From an uncultured Bdellovibrionales bacterium (GTDB taxonomy: Bacteria; Patescibacteriota; Minisyncoccia; Moranbacterales; UBA1568), in contig CAYTED010000001.1 in assembly GCA_964436855.1 (NCBI GenBank), positions 135,059 to 199,058 on the forward strand: a stretch of DNA of 64,000 nt. The letters are read 5' to 3'. Of the stretch, positions 18,978 to 27,519 are shown piece after piece. The position numbers and the translations under genes were made by a program. Positions within the stretch are counted from its first letter, which is position 1; each line of letters opens with the position of its first letter. The notes under the pieces are model-generated. The model did not search any database. It was not told the DNA's origin and saw only the letters and a list, made by a program, of their open reading frames with translations.

Positions 18978-20231
18978 TTAATTCACAAACGTAAGCGCGG
19001 TACCGGTTTTATTCCCGCGACCCGTTCGACCGATACGATGCACATAATCCTCGTAGTGTTCCGGCACATCGTAATTGATCACATGGGTCACATTTGGGAT
19101 ATCGAGTCCTCGCGCCGCGACATCGGTCGCCACCAAAATATCCACTCGTCCCTCTCGGAAATTTTTGAGCGCTCGCTCACGTTGCCCCTGTGACTTGTTT
19201 CCGTGAATCGCGTCCGCCTTGAATCCCCGGTGATTGAGATTTTTCGCGAGCTTGTCCACACCATATTTTGTCCGCCCAAAAATGAGTACCTTCTTGAATG
19301 CCGGACCGTTCAGGATATCGTGCAATTTTTCAATTTTTTCTTCACCCGGTTCCAGTCTCACAATATCTTGATCCACATTTTCCGATGTCGGACGGGTTTT
19401 CACTTCGACACGAATCGGATCGCGGAGAAATTTCGTTGCAAGCTCGGCGATTTCTCGCGGCATGGTTGCCGAAAAGAAAAGCGACTGCCGATCCTCCATC
19501 AAGAGGTCAACAAGATATTTGATGTCTCGGATAAATCCCATATCAAGCATTCGATCCACCTCATCCAAGACAACATTATTAAACTTTGAAAGATCGAGGA
19601 CTCCGCGTTCTTCCAAATCCTTCAATCGCCCCGGCGTACCAATCACAAAGCTCGGATAACCGGACAACTGCTTGATCTGCCGACCGATATTGGCCCCGCC
19701 GATACAGAGCGCCGATCGGAGTCCGGATCCTTTGGAAAAATCACGGAACTCTTCTTCGATTTGTATCGCGAGTTCACGCGTCGGAACGACAATGAGCGCT
19801 TTTTCCCGCTTGTGATGAAACGTCTTATCGATCAGCGGAAGAAGAAACGCGGCAGTTTTTCCGGTACCGGTATTCGCGATACCGATCACGTCTCGACCTT
19901 CAAGAATTCGCGGGATGGCTCCGTCTTGAATCGGTGTCGGATGTACATAGCCTTTCGCAACAATATTGTCCTTCAATTTCTTGTGGATATCGAAATCCTC
20001 AAAACGATGCTTTGGATCATACGGTTTTGTCTCTTCCGTTTTGATCGCTTTTTTCACGAATTGCGAAAAATCAATCACTTCTTTTTTACGACTATTTCCC
20101 TTATGGTTTTTCCGCCCGGAAAATCCGGCTTGCCCGGGAAGGTGTCCAAATTTTTTCCGACCATCGCCAAATCCGGACGATCTCTTCGCTCCGAAACGAC
20201 TGCTATTCCCGTTCTTTCTTTTATCAAACAT
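18978..20231 (-). CDS. DEAD-box ATP-dependent RNA helicase with a Gly/Arg-rich C-terminal tail
   Basis: Q-motif, AxTGTGKT, DEVD, SAT and HRIGRTGR motifs. Confidence 0.85.
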   Translation of the reverse strand: MFDKRKNGNSSRFGAKRSSGFGDGRKKFGHLPGQAGFSGRKNHKGNSRKKEVIDFSQFVKKAIKTEETKPYDPKHRFEDFDIHKKLKDNIVAKGYVHPTPIQDGAIPRILEGRDVIGIANTGTGKTAAFLLPLIDKTFHHKREKALIVVPTRELAIQIEEEFRDFSKGSGLRSALCIGGANIGRQIKQLSGYPSFVIGTPGRLKDLEERGVLDLSKFNNVVLDEVDRMLDMGFIRDIKYLVDLLMEDRQSLFFSATMPREIAELATKFLRDPIRVEVKTRPTSENVDQDIVRLEPGEEKIEKLHDILNGPAFKKVLIFGRTKYGVDKLAKNLNHRGFKADAIHGNKSQGQRERALKNFREGRVDILVATDVAARGLDIPNVTHVINYDVPEHYEDYVHRIGRTGRGNKTGTALTFVN

Positions 20232-20384
20232 AACTTCTCCTTAATGATGAAATATCCTGCACGTGAGATTCAATAGGCTCCAACCTCCTCTCCTCCGCGC
20301 AGAAAAGCTTCACACTCACAAGAAGAAAAGTAAGCTACCTCGAACAATCTGAGGAAGTACAAGTATTTAATTAAAGCAAAAAAA

Positions 20385-20921
20385 TCATTCGTTGTCAATG
20401 GATTCCTTCGGCATAAGATATTCTCTCCAAGAGAAATACCAAAAAATTCCGCTTATACAAAGCAAAAAGATGAAAGAAAGGAGCGACCATTCCGGAATGG
20501 AAAGCAAGAGAAGCGTCCACCCCTGTTCAACACAGCTTACCGACGGATGAAAAAGATTCGCGACCACATCCGAAAGAGAGATTATCCATGGCGGCGCGCA
20601 CACCGTTCCCGGCGGCGGAGGGAAATGCTGCATCCATACCTGCCGTGCTGCTATCGATCCGCCAATAATCGAAAAAAATGCGATTCCGATCCCGAATGCC
20701 ACTCTTCGAAAGACATGCCCCGATGAAAAAAATCCCCCGAAAAGTGCGGTGAATCCGATAAGAAAGAAAAATATTCTCTGTAAAACACATAAAGGACATG
20801 GAGTGAGCCCCACAAAATACTGCAACGCAAAGCCAACTCCGAGAAGAGCAAAACAAAACCCCGAAATCAAAAGAAAAAATCGCTTCGGTTGATCAAAAAT
20901 AGAAAAAAGAAATGACATCAT
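20385..20921 (-). CDS. DsbB/BdbC-like disulfide-bond formation membrane protein
   Basis: Four TM helices. CPLC pair in the first periplasmic loop; second Cys pair in a later loop. Confidence 0.5.
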   Translation of the reverse strand: MMSFLFSIFDQPKRFFLLISGFCFALLGVGFALQYFVGLTPCPLCVLQRIFFFLIGFTALFGGFFSSGHVFRRVAFGIGIAFFSIIGGSIAARQVWMQHFPPPPGTVCAPPWIISLSDVVANLFHPSVSCVEQGWTLLLLSIPEWSLLSFIFLLCISGIFWYFSWREYLMPKESIDNE

Positions 20922-21116
20922 CGTTCCTTGAAGATAGCACGAAAAACAAAATGGGAGTATACTCGGGGTGAAAAGCCTTCAGAATGGAGAGCGCATATCG
21001 CTTCGGTGATACCAATTGGGATCCACCTGATGTTCAGGGAAAAGTATTTTTCCGACACTATTACTCGGGAACCCAGATCCGCCCTCCTGCATTGAGGGCT
21101 TTTTGTATCCAAAAAA

Positions 21117-21650
21117 TTACCGAAGAGAATATCGACAACCGCAATAATTTTGCCGATATATTCCTCTCTCACGAACCATATTTCTCGCCGTTGATTCGCG
21201 TCCTTTTTTCTTCCAATCCTCCGCATAAAACAAAAGTCCGTATCGCCCCGCGGCCGCCTCACCTATCGGGAAAATCACCTTCGCGCTTTTGCGACTTCCC
21301 ATGGTAAGCGTCGTTCCAAACAATGCAAACCCCCGCTCCTTTGCCTCACGTGCCGATCGATCGAGTCGCATACCGATACAGGTGAAGCAACGCTTGCCCT
21401 GCTCGGGTTCACCCTCAAGTCCGCGCACTCGCTCGTCCCACTCCTCCGGACGATAGTCAAGATCAATCATAGGAATCTCCCATTCCTCGCACACTCGTAC
21501 CACTTCTCGCTTCCGCCGAATATACTCCTCTTCGGGAAAAATATTTGGATTAAAAAAAAGGACACTCAAAGAAAATGTCCGACGAAGCTCATCGATCACC
21601 GCGATTCCACACGGAGCGCAACAGGTATGCAGAAGAAATGTTTGCCGCAT
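21117..21650 (-). CDS. queH: Epoxyqueuosine reductase QueH (DUF208)
   Basis: N-terminal LLHTCCAPCG and C-terminal NYCGC motifs, characteristic of QueH. Confidence 0.7.
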   Translation of the reverse strand: MRQTFLLHTCCAPCGIAVIDELRRTFSLSVLFFNPNIFPEEEYIRRKREVVRVCEEWEIPMIDLDYRPEEWDERVRGLEGEPEQGKRCFTCIGMRLDRSAREAKERGFALFGTTLTMGSRKSAKVIFPIGEAAAGRYGLLFYAEDWKKKGRESTARNMVRERGIYRQNYCGCRYSLR

Positions 21651-21659
21651 AATTTCGTG

Positions 21660-22655
21660 TCAACCGATAAAAAACCCGATCAAACAAAGAAACGCGAACA
21701 GCTCTTGCAATACAACGGTTCCTCGACTGACGGTAAAAAACGCGTTTTGTTCCGTCCGATCAACTCGCTCGAAAACACTTTTTCCGAGCCACACCGCAAG
21801 TGGCAAAGAGAGAAAAACGAGCCCGCACCACAAGGGAAGAGTACGCAAGAAGATACCAAACAAAAAAATTACATACGCCAAAAGAAGTGTCGTCATATAA
21901 ACCCACGCCGACACATGCGACCCCAAGCGAACAACCACAGTCCGCTTGCTCGCAGCCGAGTCGGCAAAGCGATCCGGGACTTCATTGATAAGAAGAATAT
22001 TCATCGTCAAAAGCCCCAAGGGAAGTGCTACAAACCAAATATCCGAACCCCACTCACCCGCCTGCAAAAGATACGCACCCCCGACAACGAGCGGGCCGAA
22101 AGCAATCGCCACCGCGAGCTCTCCAAATCCCCGATACGCAAACGCTACCGGACGAGTCGTATAAAAAAACCCGAGCCCGACGCCCAAAACACCAAGCCAC
22201 AGCCACTCCCACCTCCCCGAGATCTGCACAAAAGTAATCCCCGCAGTACAGGCGATCCCAAAACACAGAAGAGCAGCGAGTAAAACCGATTGAGGCGCGA
22301 GCTCCCCTTTTTGTATCACCCGACTTCCTCCATTAAAAACCGTAAACACACTATTTGCTTCATCATTCCCCGAAAGATGATCAAAATAATCATTGGCAAT
22401 ATTGGCTCCCAAGTGTGCCGCAGAGACAATGACGATCCCGAAGAAAAACGCATTCCAGTCAAACAATCTCGATTGCGAAAAAGCAAATGCCGCACCAACA
22501 ATCGCCGAAAGAATCGTCACACTCAAAAACGGAAGTCGACACACCCGCATCCACGCAGAAAAAGATGAGGAAAACGAATGAACCCGATCGGATGACCGCA
22601 TAAAGACCATAGATGAGATGCCAAAATGCACTTCTCCAGTATACGATGTTTTCAA
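21660..22655 (-). CDS. UbiA-family aromatic prenyltransferase (MenA-like)
   Basis: Polytopic membrane protein with NDYFDHLSGND (the NDxxDxxxD Mg-binding motif). Confidence 0.6.
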   Translation of the reverse strand: MKTSYTGEVHFGISSMVFMRSSDRVHSFSSSFSAWMRVCRLPFLSVTILSAIVGAAFAFSQSRLFDWNAFFFGIVIVSAAHLGANIANDYFDHLSGNDEANSVFTVFNGGSRVIQKGELAPQSVLLAALLCFGIACTAGITFVQISGRWEWLWLGVLGVGLGFFYTTRPVAFAYRGFGELAVAIAFGPLVVGGAYLLQAGEWGSDIWFVALPLGLLTMNILLINEVPDRFADSAASKRTVVVRLGSHVSAWVYMTTLLLAYVIFLFGIFLRTLPLWCGLVFLSLPLAVWLGKSVFERVDRTEQNAFFTVSRGTVVLQELFAFLCLIGFFIG

Positions 22656-22672
22656 AAATACGCGAGTCTACA

Positions 22673-22701
22673 TTGCAAAGAAAGCATCTTTTTGGTATAT
22701 T
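22673..22701 (+). promoter_or_regulatory. Sigma-70-type promoter for the tRNA operon
   Basis: TTGCAA, 17 nt, TATATT, about 50 nt upstream of tRNA-Ala. Confidence 0.45.
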
Positions 22702-22751
22702 CTTCGGAGTATATTCCCTTCGGAGATCTCTTGAGGAAGGTTTCTCTCTAG

Positions 22752-22824
22752 GGGCCCGTAGCTTAGTTGGTAGAGCACCGCATTTGCAATGCGGGGGTCA
22801 GCGGTTCGAATCCGCTCGGGTCCA
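22752..22824 (+). tRNA. tRNA-Ala (anticodon TGC)
   Basis: Cloverleaf folded by hand. Anticodon loop TTTGCAA. G3:U70 alanine identity pair. No encoded CCA. Confidence 0.85.
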
Positions 22825-22906
22825 CACGGTGCCGAACAAGAAAATTCCAGGCCTTGATTTTTTTGTTCTGTCATTGTATTCTGAGTTGGATTCTTTTCTC
22901 TCTTTT

Positions 22907-22980
22907 GGGTGATTAGCTCAGGTGGTTAGAGCGCGACACTGATAATGTCGAGGTCCCAAGTTCGAGTCTTGGATCACCCA
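22907..22980 (+). tRNA. tRNA-Ile (anticodon GAT)
   Basis: Acceptor GGGTGAT/ATCACCC; anticodon loop CTGATAA. Confidence 0.85.
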
Positions 22981-23003
22981 CAGTCCTTCAAATGGACTCA
23001 TAC

Positions 23004-23077
23004 AGCGGGGTGGAGCAGTCTGGCAGCTCGCCTGGCTCATAACCAGGAGGTCGGTGGTTCAAATCCACCCCCCGCAA
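23004..23077 (+). tRNA. Initiator tRNA-fMet (anticodon CAT)
   Basis: Near-identical to E. coli tRNA-fMet (GCGGGGTGGAGCAG...GGTTCAAATCC...CCCCGCAA). Unpaired 1:72 (A:A). Three G:C pairs in the anticodon stem. Confidence 0.85.
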
Positions 23078-23099
23078 CAAAAGAATAGCGCGAACAAGA

Positions 23100-23173
23100 G
23101 GCAGGGTAGCTCAGCTGGTTAGAGCACAGCACTCATAACGCTGAGGTCGTGGGTTCGAGCCCCACCCCTGCTA
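23100..23173 (+). tRNA. tRNA with CAT anticodon: elongator Met, or possibly lysidine-modified Ile2
   Basis: Acceptor GGCAGGG/CCCTGCT; anticodon loop CTCATAA. A31:C39 mismatch closing the anticodon stem. Confidence 0.7.
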
Positions 23174-23174
23174 C

Positions 23175-23639
23175 TTGAAGTCCGGTATCTGTGGCAAAAT
23201 AAATATGAGATCACCTGAAGGAAATATCGGAAATCCCCCTCTCCATTCCCGCGAAAGAAAAGGAGTGATTTCCAGGGAAGTCTCTTTCAAAGGATCTCCG
23301 ACATGGACAAGAAGAGAAAAGACCGCCGACAGCACCGCTCTCGAACAACCCATTACCGCCGACTCACTTGTTTCTCTTTTTACCAAAAGTGAAATTGGCG
23401 GAGATCTTTCACTCAAAGCCGCATTCGTAGCATTGGTTCAGGAATCAAATCTCGAACCGGAAACACTCACCGCTCTCAAGCAAAAACTCTCGTCGAGCGA
23501 CGTATCCGGACGAACCATGATTCTTGAATGTATGCGTGAATACCTCTCTGCATTGAGAAGCACAGCAAGCGACAAGTCAAAACGACTTGCTGCCGCCCGG
23601 ACCCGGTTCTCCGAAAGTACAAAAGGTTTTCTTCATTAA
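23175..23639 (+). CDS. Hypothetical small protein in the tRNA-Met / tRNA-Asp spacer (start may be the internal ATG at 23205)
   Basis: 154-aa ORF filling a 490-nt spacer inside the tRNA operon. No homology recognised. Confidence 0.25.
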   Translation: MKSGICGKINMRSPEGNIGNPPLHSRERKGVISREVSFKGSPTWTRREKTADSTALEQPITADSLVSLFTKSEIGGDLSLKAAFVALVQESNLEPETLTALKQKLSSSDVSGRTMILECMREYLSALRSTASDKSKRLAAARTRFSESTKGFLH

Positions 23640-23664
23640 AAATTGAAAATTTTGCAAAATTATT

Positions 23665-23741
23665 GGGGACGTAGCTCAGCTGGTTAGAGCGCCACACTGT
23701 CACTGTGGAGGTCGCGGGTTCGAGTCCCGTCGTCCCCGCCA
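23665..23741 (+). tRNA. tRNA-Asp (anticodon GTC), CCA encoded
   Basis: Acceptor GGGGACG/CGTCCCC, G73 discriminator, anticodon loop CTGTCAC, followed by CCA. Confidence 0.85.
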
Positions 23742-23746
23742 AAATC

Positions 23747-23772
23747 AAAACCCCGATCAGATCGGGGTTTTC
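23747..23772. terminator. Bidirectional rho-independent terminator
   Basis: AAAACCCCGATC-ag-ATCGGGGTTTT, which is U-rich on both strands. It closes the tRNA operon (+) and the convergent small gene (-). Confidence 0.6.
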
Positions 23773-23809
23773 ATAAGATATGCGAAAAAATCTGCATCTT
23801 TTCTATTTT

Positions 23810-24193
23810 TTATTTCTGTAACATTTCAAGCTGGCTCCGTATTTCTTCCGAAGTTAACGCGGGCTGCTTGCTTGTCTGACCCGTCTTTTCCAATACTTCA
23901 AGCTGCTTGTCTATTTTTTCCGCCGACGGAGACGCCGACGCATCCCCGTTCGAATCGACCGACTCAAGTTGCTCGAGTTGTTTTTGTATCTCTTCCGACG
24001 AAAGATGGCCACCCTCCTTTTGTGCCTCTATCTTCTTTCCATACATCATGACATCGTTATCGGCTCTACGATTTTTAAATGCAACCACCACCCAAACAAC
24101 CACGCCGACCATCAGCGCAAGTAAAACAACAAGCAACCACTTGAGTTGCGGACGATTCAGAGAATTATGAGATGTTTCATCCTGAACAAACAT
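23810..24193 (-). CDS. Small membrane-anchored protein with three SxEEIxxQLExLE repeats
   Basis: N-terminal TM (WLLVVLLALMVGVVVWVVVAF). Repeats SSEEIQKQLEQLES, SAEKIDKQLEVLEK and TSEEIRSQLEMLQK. Confidence 0.4.
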   Translation of the reverse strand: MFVQDETSHNSLNRPQLKWLLVVLLALMVGVVVWVVVAFKNRRADNDVMMYGKKIEAQKEGGHLSSEEIQKQLEQLESVDSNGDASASPSAEKIDKQLEVLEKTGQTSKQPALTSEEIRSQLEMLQK

Positions 24194-24256
24194 ATATTTT
24201 CTGTTTTTATTTATACATATTCAGTATATATCAAAAAGAAAAAAGAGTAATCCCCC

Positions 24257-25732
24257 CTACCCTTGTCCCAATTTTTTCTTCAAGAGATCGAGCACCATTT
24301 TCGGATTTGCTTTTCCTTTCGTCTTCGCCATCGTCTGTCCCATAAGGTATTGCAACGCATTTTGCTTCCCCGATCGAAAATCGGCAACGGACTGTTCATT
24401 TTCCAAAAGCACCGTATCGACTGCCCCCTCAAGCTCATTCTCATCACTCACCTGTGAAAGATTCAATCGCTCCACAATATGCGACGGATCATTATCACCG
24501 CCCCGATACATTTCGGCAAGCACCGCCTGCGCCGCACTCGAATTGATTTTTCCATCAACAACAAGCCCGATAAATTCCGCATAATTCTCCGGTGTGAAAG
24601 GAATGTCTCGCGCGGACTCCTCCCGTTCAGAGAGGTGTTTTCGAATCTCCGTCAGCATATAGTTCGCCGCAAGCTTCACGGATTTCTGAATATCCGCGGA
24701 GAGTTCTCCGCTTTCGATTTTCTCCGCAATCTCGCTCGCCGTATTTTCAAAAAATTCAGAAAATTCTCGATCCTCGGTAAGAATCACGATATCCGCTTCC
24801 GGCAATTTATACTGCTCTATAAATCGCCACTGTTTCGCATCCGGCAATTCCGGGAGCGATTGTTCAAGTTTCGCAATTTCTTCATCTGAAAACTCAAATG
24901 GTGGAATATCCGGCTCCGGGAAATACCGATAATCATGCGCGGATTCTTTTTTGCGTTGTGAAACCGTCTCGCCGCGATTTTCATCCCAACCGCGAGTCTC
25001 CTGAATGATTTTCCTCCCCGCCTCCAATTCTTCTGTTTGTCGCGCGATCTCAAACTCAATCGCTCGCTCCACGACCTTAAAAGAATTCAGATTTTTGATT
25101 TCCACTTTGGTTCCCGACAATCGATCCGACCCCTCGGGATAGAGAGAAATATTCACCTCGCAACGCATCTGACCCTTCTCCATATCCGCGTCCGACGCAT
25201 CAAGATATCGCAAAATCTGCCGCAACTTCTGACAAAATGCCCGCGTATCTTTTCCAGTTTCAAAATCCGGTTCAGTTACAAGCTCCATAAGTGGCACGCC
25301 CGCACGATTATAATCAACAAGCGTGTATTCTGATCCGGTTGGATGCATCGACTTTCCTGTATCTTCTTCGAGATGAATACGTGTAATACGAAACTCTTTC
25401 CCATTCACCACAAGCTTTCCCTTCTCACAAAATGGTTCATCGTACTGGGAAATCTGATATCCCTTCGGAATATCCGGATAAAAATAATTTTTTCGATCAA
25501 ATTTGGAATGCTTGCGCAGCGTACACGAAAGCGCAAGCCCCACACGCTGCACAAGTTCAATCGCCTTTCGATTCGGCACCGGGAGCGTCCCGGGCTGCGC
25601 GGTACAAATAGGACAAATATGTACGTTTGGATTCTTTTCCAAGCCAAGCCCGTTTTTACACGCACAAAACATCTTGGAGTTCGTTTTCAACTCCGCATGA
25701 ATTTCCATTCCAATGGTAACGCCGTACTGCAT
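24257..25732 (-). CDS. gatB: Asp/Glu-tRNA amidotransferase subunit B
   Basis: MQYGVTIGMEIHAELKTNSKMFCAC N-terminus and overall GatB length and motifs. Confidence 0.85.
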   Translation of the reverse strand: MQYGVTIGMEIHAELKTNSKMFCACKNGLGLEKNPNVHICPICTAQPGTLPVPNRKAIELVQRVGLALSCTLRKHSKFDRKNYFYPDIPKGYQISQYDEPFCEKGKLVVNGKEFRITRIHLEEDTGKSMHPTGSEYTLVDYNRAGVPLMELVTEPDFETGKDTRAFCQKLRQILRYLDASDADMEKGQMRCEVNISLYPEGSDRLSGTKVEIKNLNSFKVVERAIEFEIARQTEELEAGRKIIQETRGWDENRGETVSQRKKESAHDYRYFPEPDIPPFEFSDEEIAKLEQSLPELPDAKQWRFIEQYKLPEADIVILTEDREFSEFFENTASEIAEKIESGELSADIQKSVKLAANYMLTEIRKHLSEREESARDIPFTPENYAEFIGLVVDGKINSSAAQAVLAEMYRGGDNDPSHIVERLNLSQVSDENELEGAVDTVLLENEQSVADFRSGKQNALQYLMGQTMAKTKGKANPKMVLDLLKKKLGQG

Positions 25733-25746
25733 ACTTTCAAATTAAA

Positions 25747-26172
25747 TCAATGCGATCCTGTGCTCCCAAACCCATTCGATCCGCGATCGCTTTCCGGTAA
25801 ATCAGTTACTTCTTCAATATCCGGATGTTCCACTTTTTGAATAAGAATCTGTGCTACTTTTTCTCCTGCAGAAAACGACAATGTTTCATGAGAAAGATTT
25901 TTTGCAATCACCACAACTTCTCCTCGATATCCAGCATCGATCACCCCACCCATCACCTTCAGGCCTTTTTTCAAAGCGACTCCCGATTTGTCCCATATCA
26001 ATCCAACATACCCTTCCGGAATCACAAACGCAAGACCAGTCGGAATTCCCTTGCGATCCCCTGATAAAAACTCAATTGCCTCCCGAGAACAAAGATCCAA
26101 TCCTGCATCACTTGAAAGTGCAAACATTGGAATTTTCGCTTCCGGAAAAAGTTTTTTGACGAGAAGTTTCAT
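25747..26172 (-). CDS. dut: dUTP diphosphatase
   Basis: dUTPase motifs SSDAGLDL, GLIWDKSG and GFGSTG. Confidence 0.85.
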   Translation of the reverse strand: MKLLVKKLFPEAKIPMFALSSDAGLDLCSREAIEFLSGDRKGIPTGLAFVIPEGYVGLIWDKSGVALKKGLKVMGGVIDAGYRGEVVVIAKNLSHETLSFSAGEKVAQILIQKVEHPDIEEVTDLPESDRGSNGFGSTGSH

Positions 26173-26188
26173 GCTTTATATATATCCT

Positions 26189-26908
26189 TTATATTACTTT
26201 TGCAACTTCATTCCAAACCATTTCTGCAATAATTTCACGCGAAAGCAATTCTTTCTTCCGAGTACATGTAATTTTCACCCAAGTATTATTTTCCTGTACG
26301 AGCTTCATGGCACTCTTTCGAGAATCATCAAGATGTTTATGATTTGATTCAGCAACATCTTTTTTACCTCGAACAAAGCGATTCTGCGAAATCCCTTGTT
26401 TTTTTTGGCTCAACAATTCGTCAGAGACCTCTCTTGGTACATCAAGATAAAGAATAAGATCTGGTCGTGGCAACTGAAAAATACCAAATTCCATTCGGTT
26501 GAGCCATTGTAAAAATTCTTTTCGCTTCTTATAACTATGAATCTTTCCGCCTTGGTGCATTTGATTCGCACTCACATACCTATCACACACAACAATGTAT
26601 CCGTTTTGAAGCCATTCTTCTATTTTCTTTTTTGACTCAAAACGATCAGCTGCATAGAGTACCGACGCGATATGAGGATCGATCGAAAGAAAATCACCAT
26701 ATTCCCCCGAGAGACATCTCCCGATAAGTTCTCCAAAAAAATTATGTTCGTATCGTGGAAAATCAATAGTTTTTACTCGTCTCTTCTCTTTTTGTAACCG
26801 ATTCACAAGAATTGACACCTGCGTCGCTTTTCCTGAACCATCTGCACCATCAACAACAACCAAAAATCCCTTCTTTGATTTCTTTCCCATACTCTCGGAA
26901 AACAACAA
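26189..26908 (-). CDS. tmk: Thymidylate kinase
   Basis: VVVDGADGSGKAT P-loop and a DRY-like LID region (CDRYVSANQ). Confidence 0.8.
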   Translation of the reverse strand: MLFSESMGKKSKKGFLVVVDGADGSGKATQVSILVNRLQKEKRRVKTIDFPRYEHNFFGELIGRCLSGEYGDFLSIDPHIASVLYAADRFESKKKIEEWLQNGYIVVCDRYVSANQMHQGGKIHSYKKRKEFLQWLNRMEFGIFQLPRPDLILYLDVPREVSDELLSQKKQGISQNRFVRGKKDVAESNHKHLDDSRKSAMKLVQENNTWVKITCTRKKELLSREIIAEMVWNEVAKVI

Positions 26909-27499
26909 TTACTGTGTTACTTTCTTTTTCAATTCTTCCACCATTTTGTCCACCTGCGCATACAATTCCTCCAAAGTACCGTCATTATTGATGATAAACT
27001 CCGCTCGATCTTTGAGCTCGGAAATACCCGTCTCGGTTTCAAGCTTGGCATCCTTTTCAAATTGCGCCTCCGTTTTAGTCGCATCATCGGCATTTTGTCG
27101 GCGTTTCGTCAGTCGCTCATAGCGCGTCTCAGGAGATGCCTCGATAAAACAAAAGTAAAAATGCTCGCTCGCTTCCATATGCACGATATCCGGAAACCGC
27201 CGCACACCATCGACCACGACAAACTCTTTCTCGCTCGCCTCCGCTTCAGAAAGAATCACCTTGGAGAGAATATCTTCGCCAAATCCCTTTCGAAGATGCA
27301 GCGAGAGTGTCGAGAGATTCTTTCTCGTATGTTCGAGTCCAATTCTATCCAAAATATCCCGAAGCGGCTGCGAAAAACGAAGCTTCAAAGCACCATGCTT
27401 CTCGGCGAGATAATCCCCGACAGCATCTTTTCCCGAAGCAATTTCCCCCGCTGTTCCTAAAATGATTTTTGACATATTGTGCGCGTGTTCACATTCCAA
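26909..27499 (-). CDS. P-loop kinase resembling phage T4 gp1-type dNMP kinase
   Basis: ILGTAGEIASGKD P-loop with a GKD variant. Paralogous to 32581..33138. Abuts tmk. Confidence 0.45.
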   Translation of the reverse strand: MECEHAHNMSKIILGTAGEIASGKDAVGDYLAEKHGALKLRFSQPLRDILDRIGLEHTRKNLSTLSLHLRKGFGEDILSKVILSEAEASEKEFVVVDGVRRFPDIVHMEASEHFYFCFIEASPETRYERLTKRRQNADDATKTEAQFEKDAKLETETGISELKDRAEFIINNDGTLEELYAQVDKMVEELKKKVTQ

Positions 27500-27519
27500 A
27501 TTACCTCTTCCCTATCCTC

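Noticed and set aside
21627-22283. 218-aa Lys/Arg/Pro-rich plus-strand ORF
   Set aside because: It lies antisense to the UbiA-family prenyltransferase. The composition is typical of antisense frames in GC-moderate genes.
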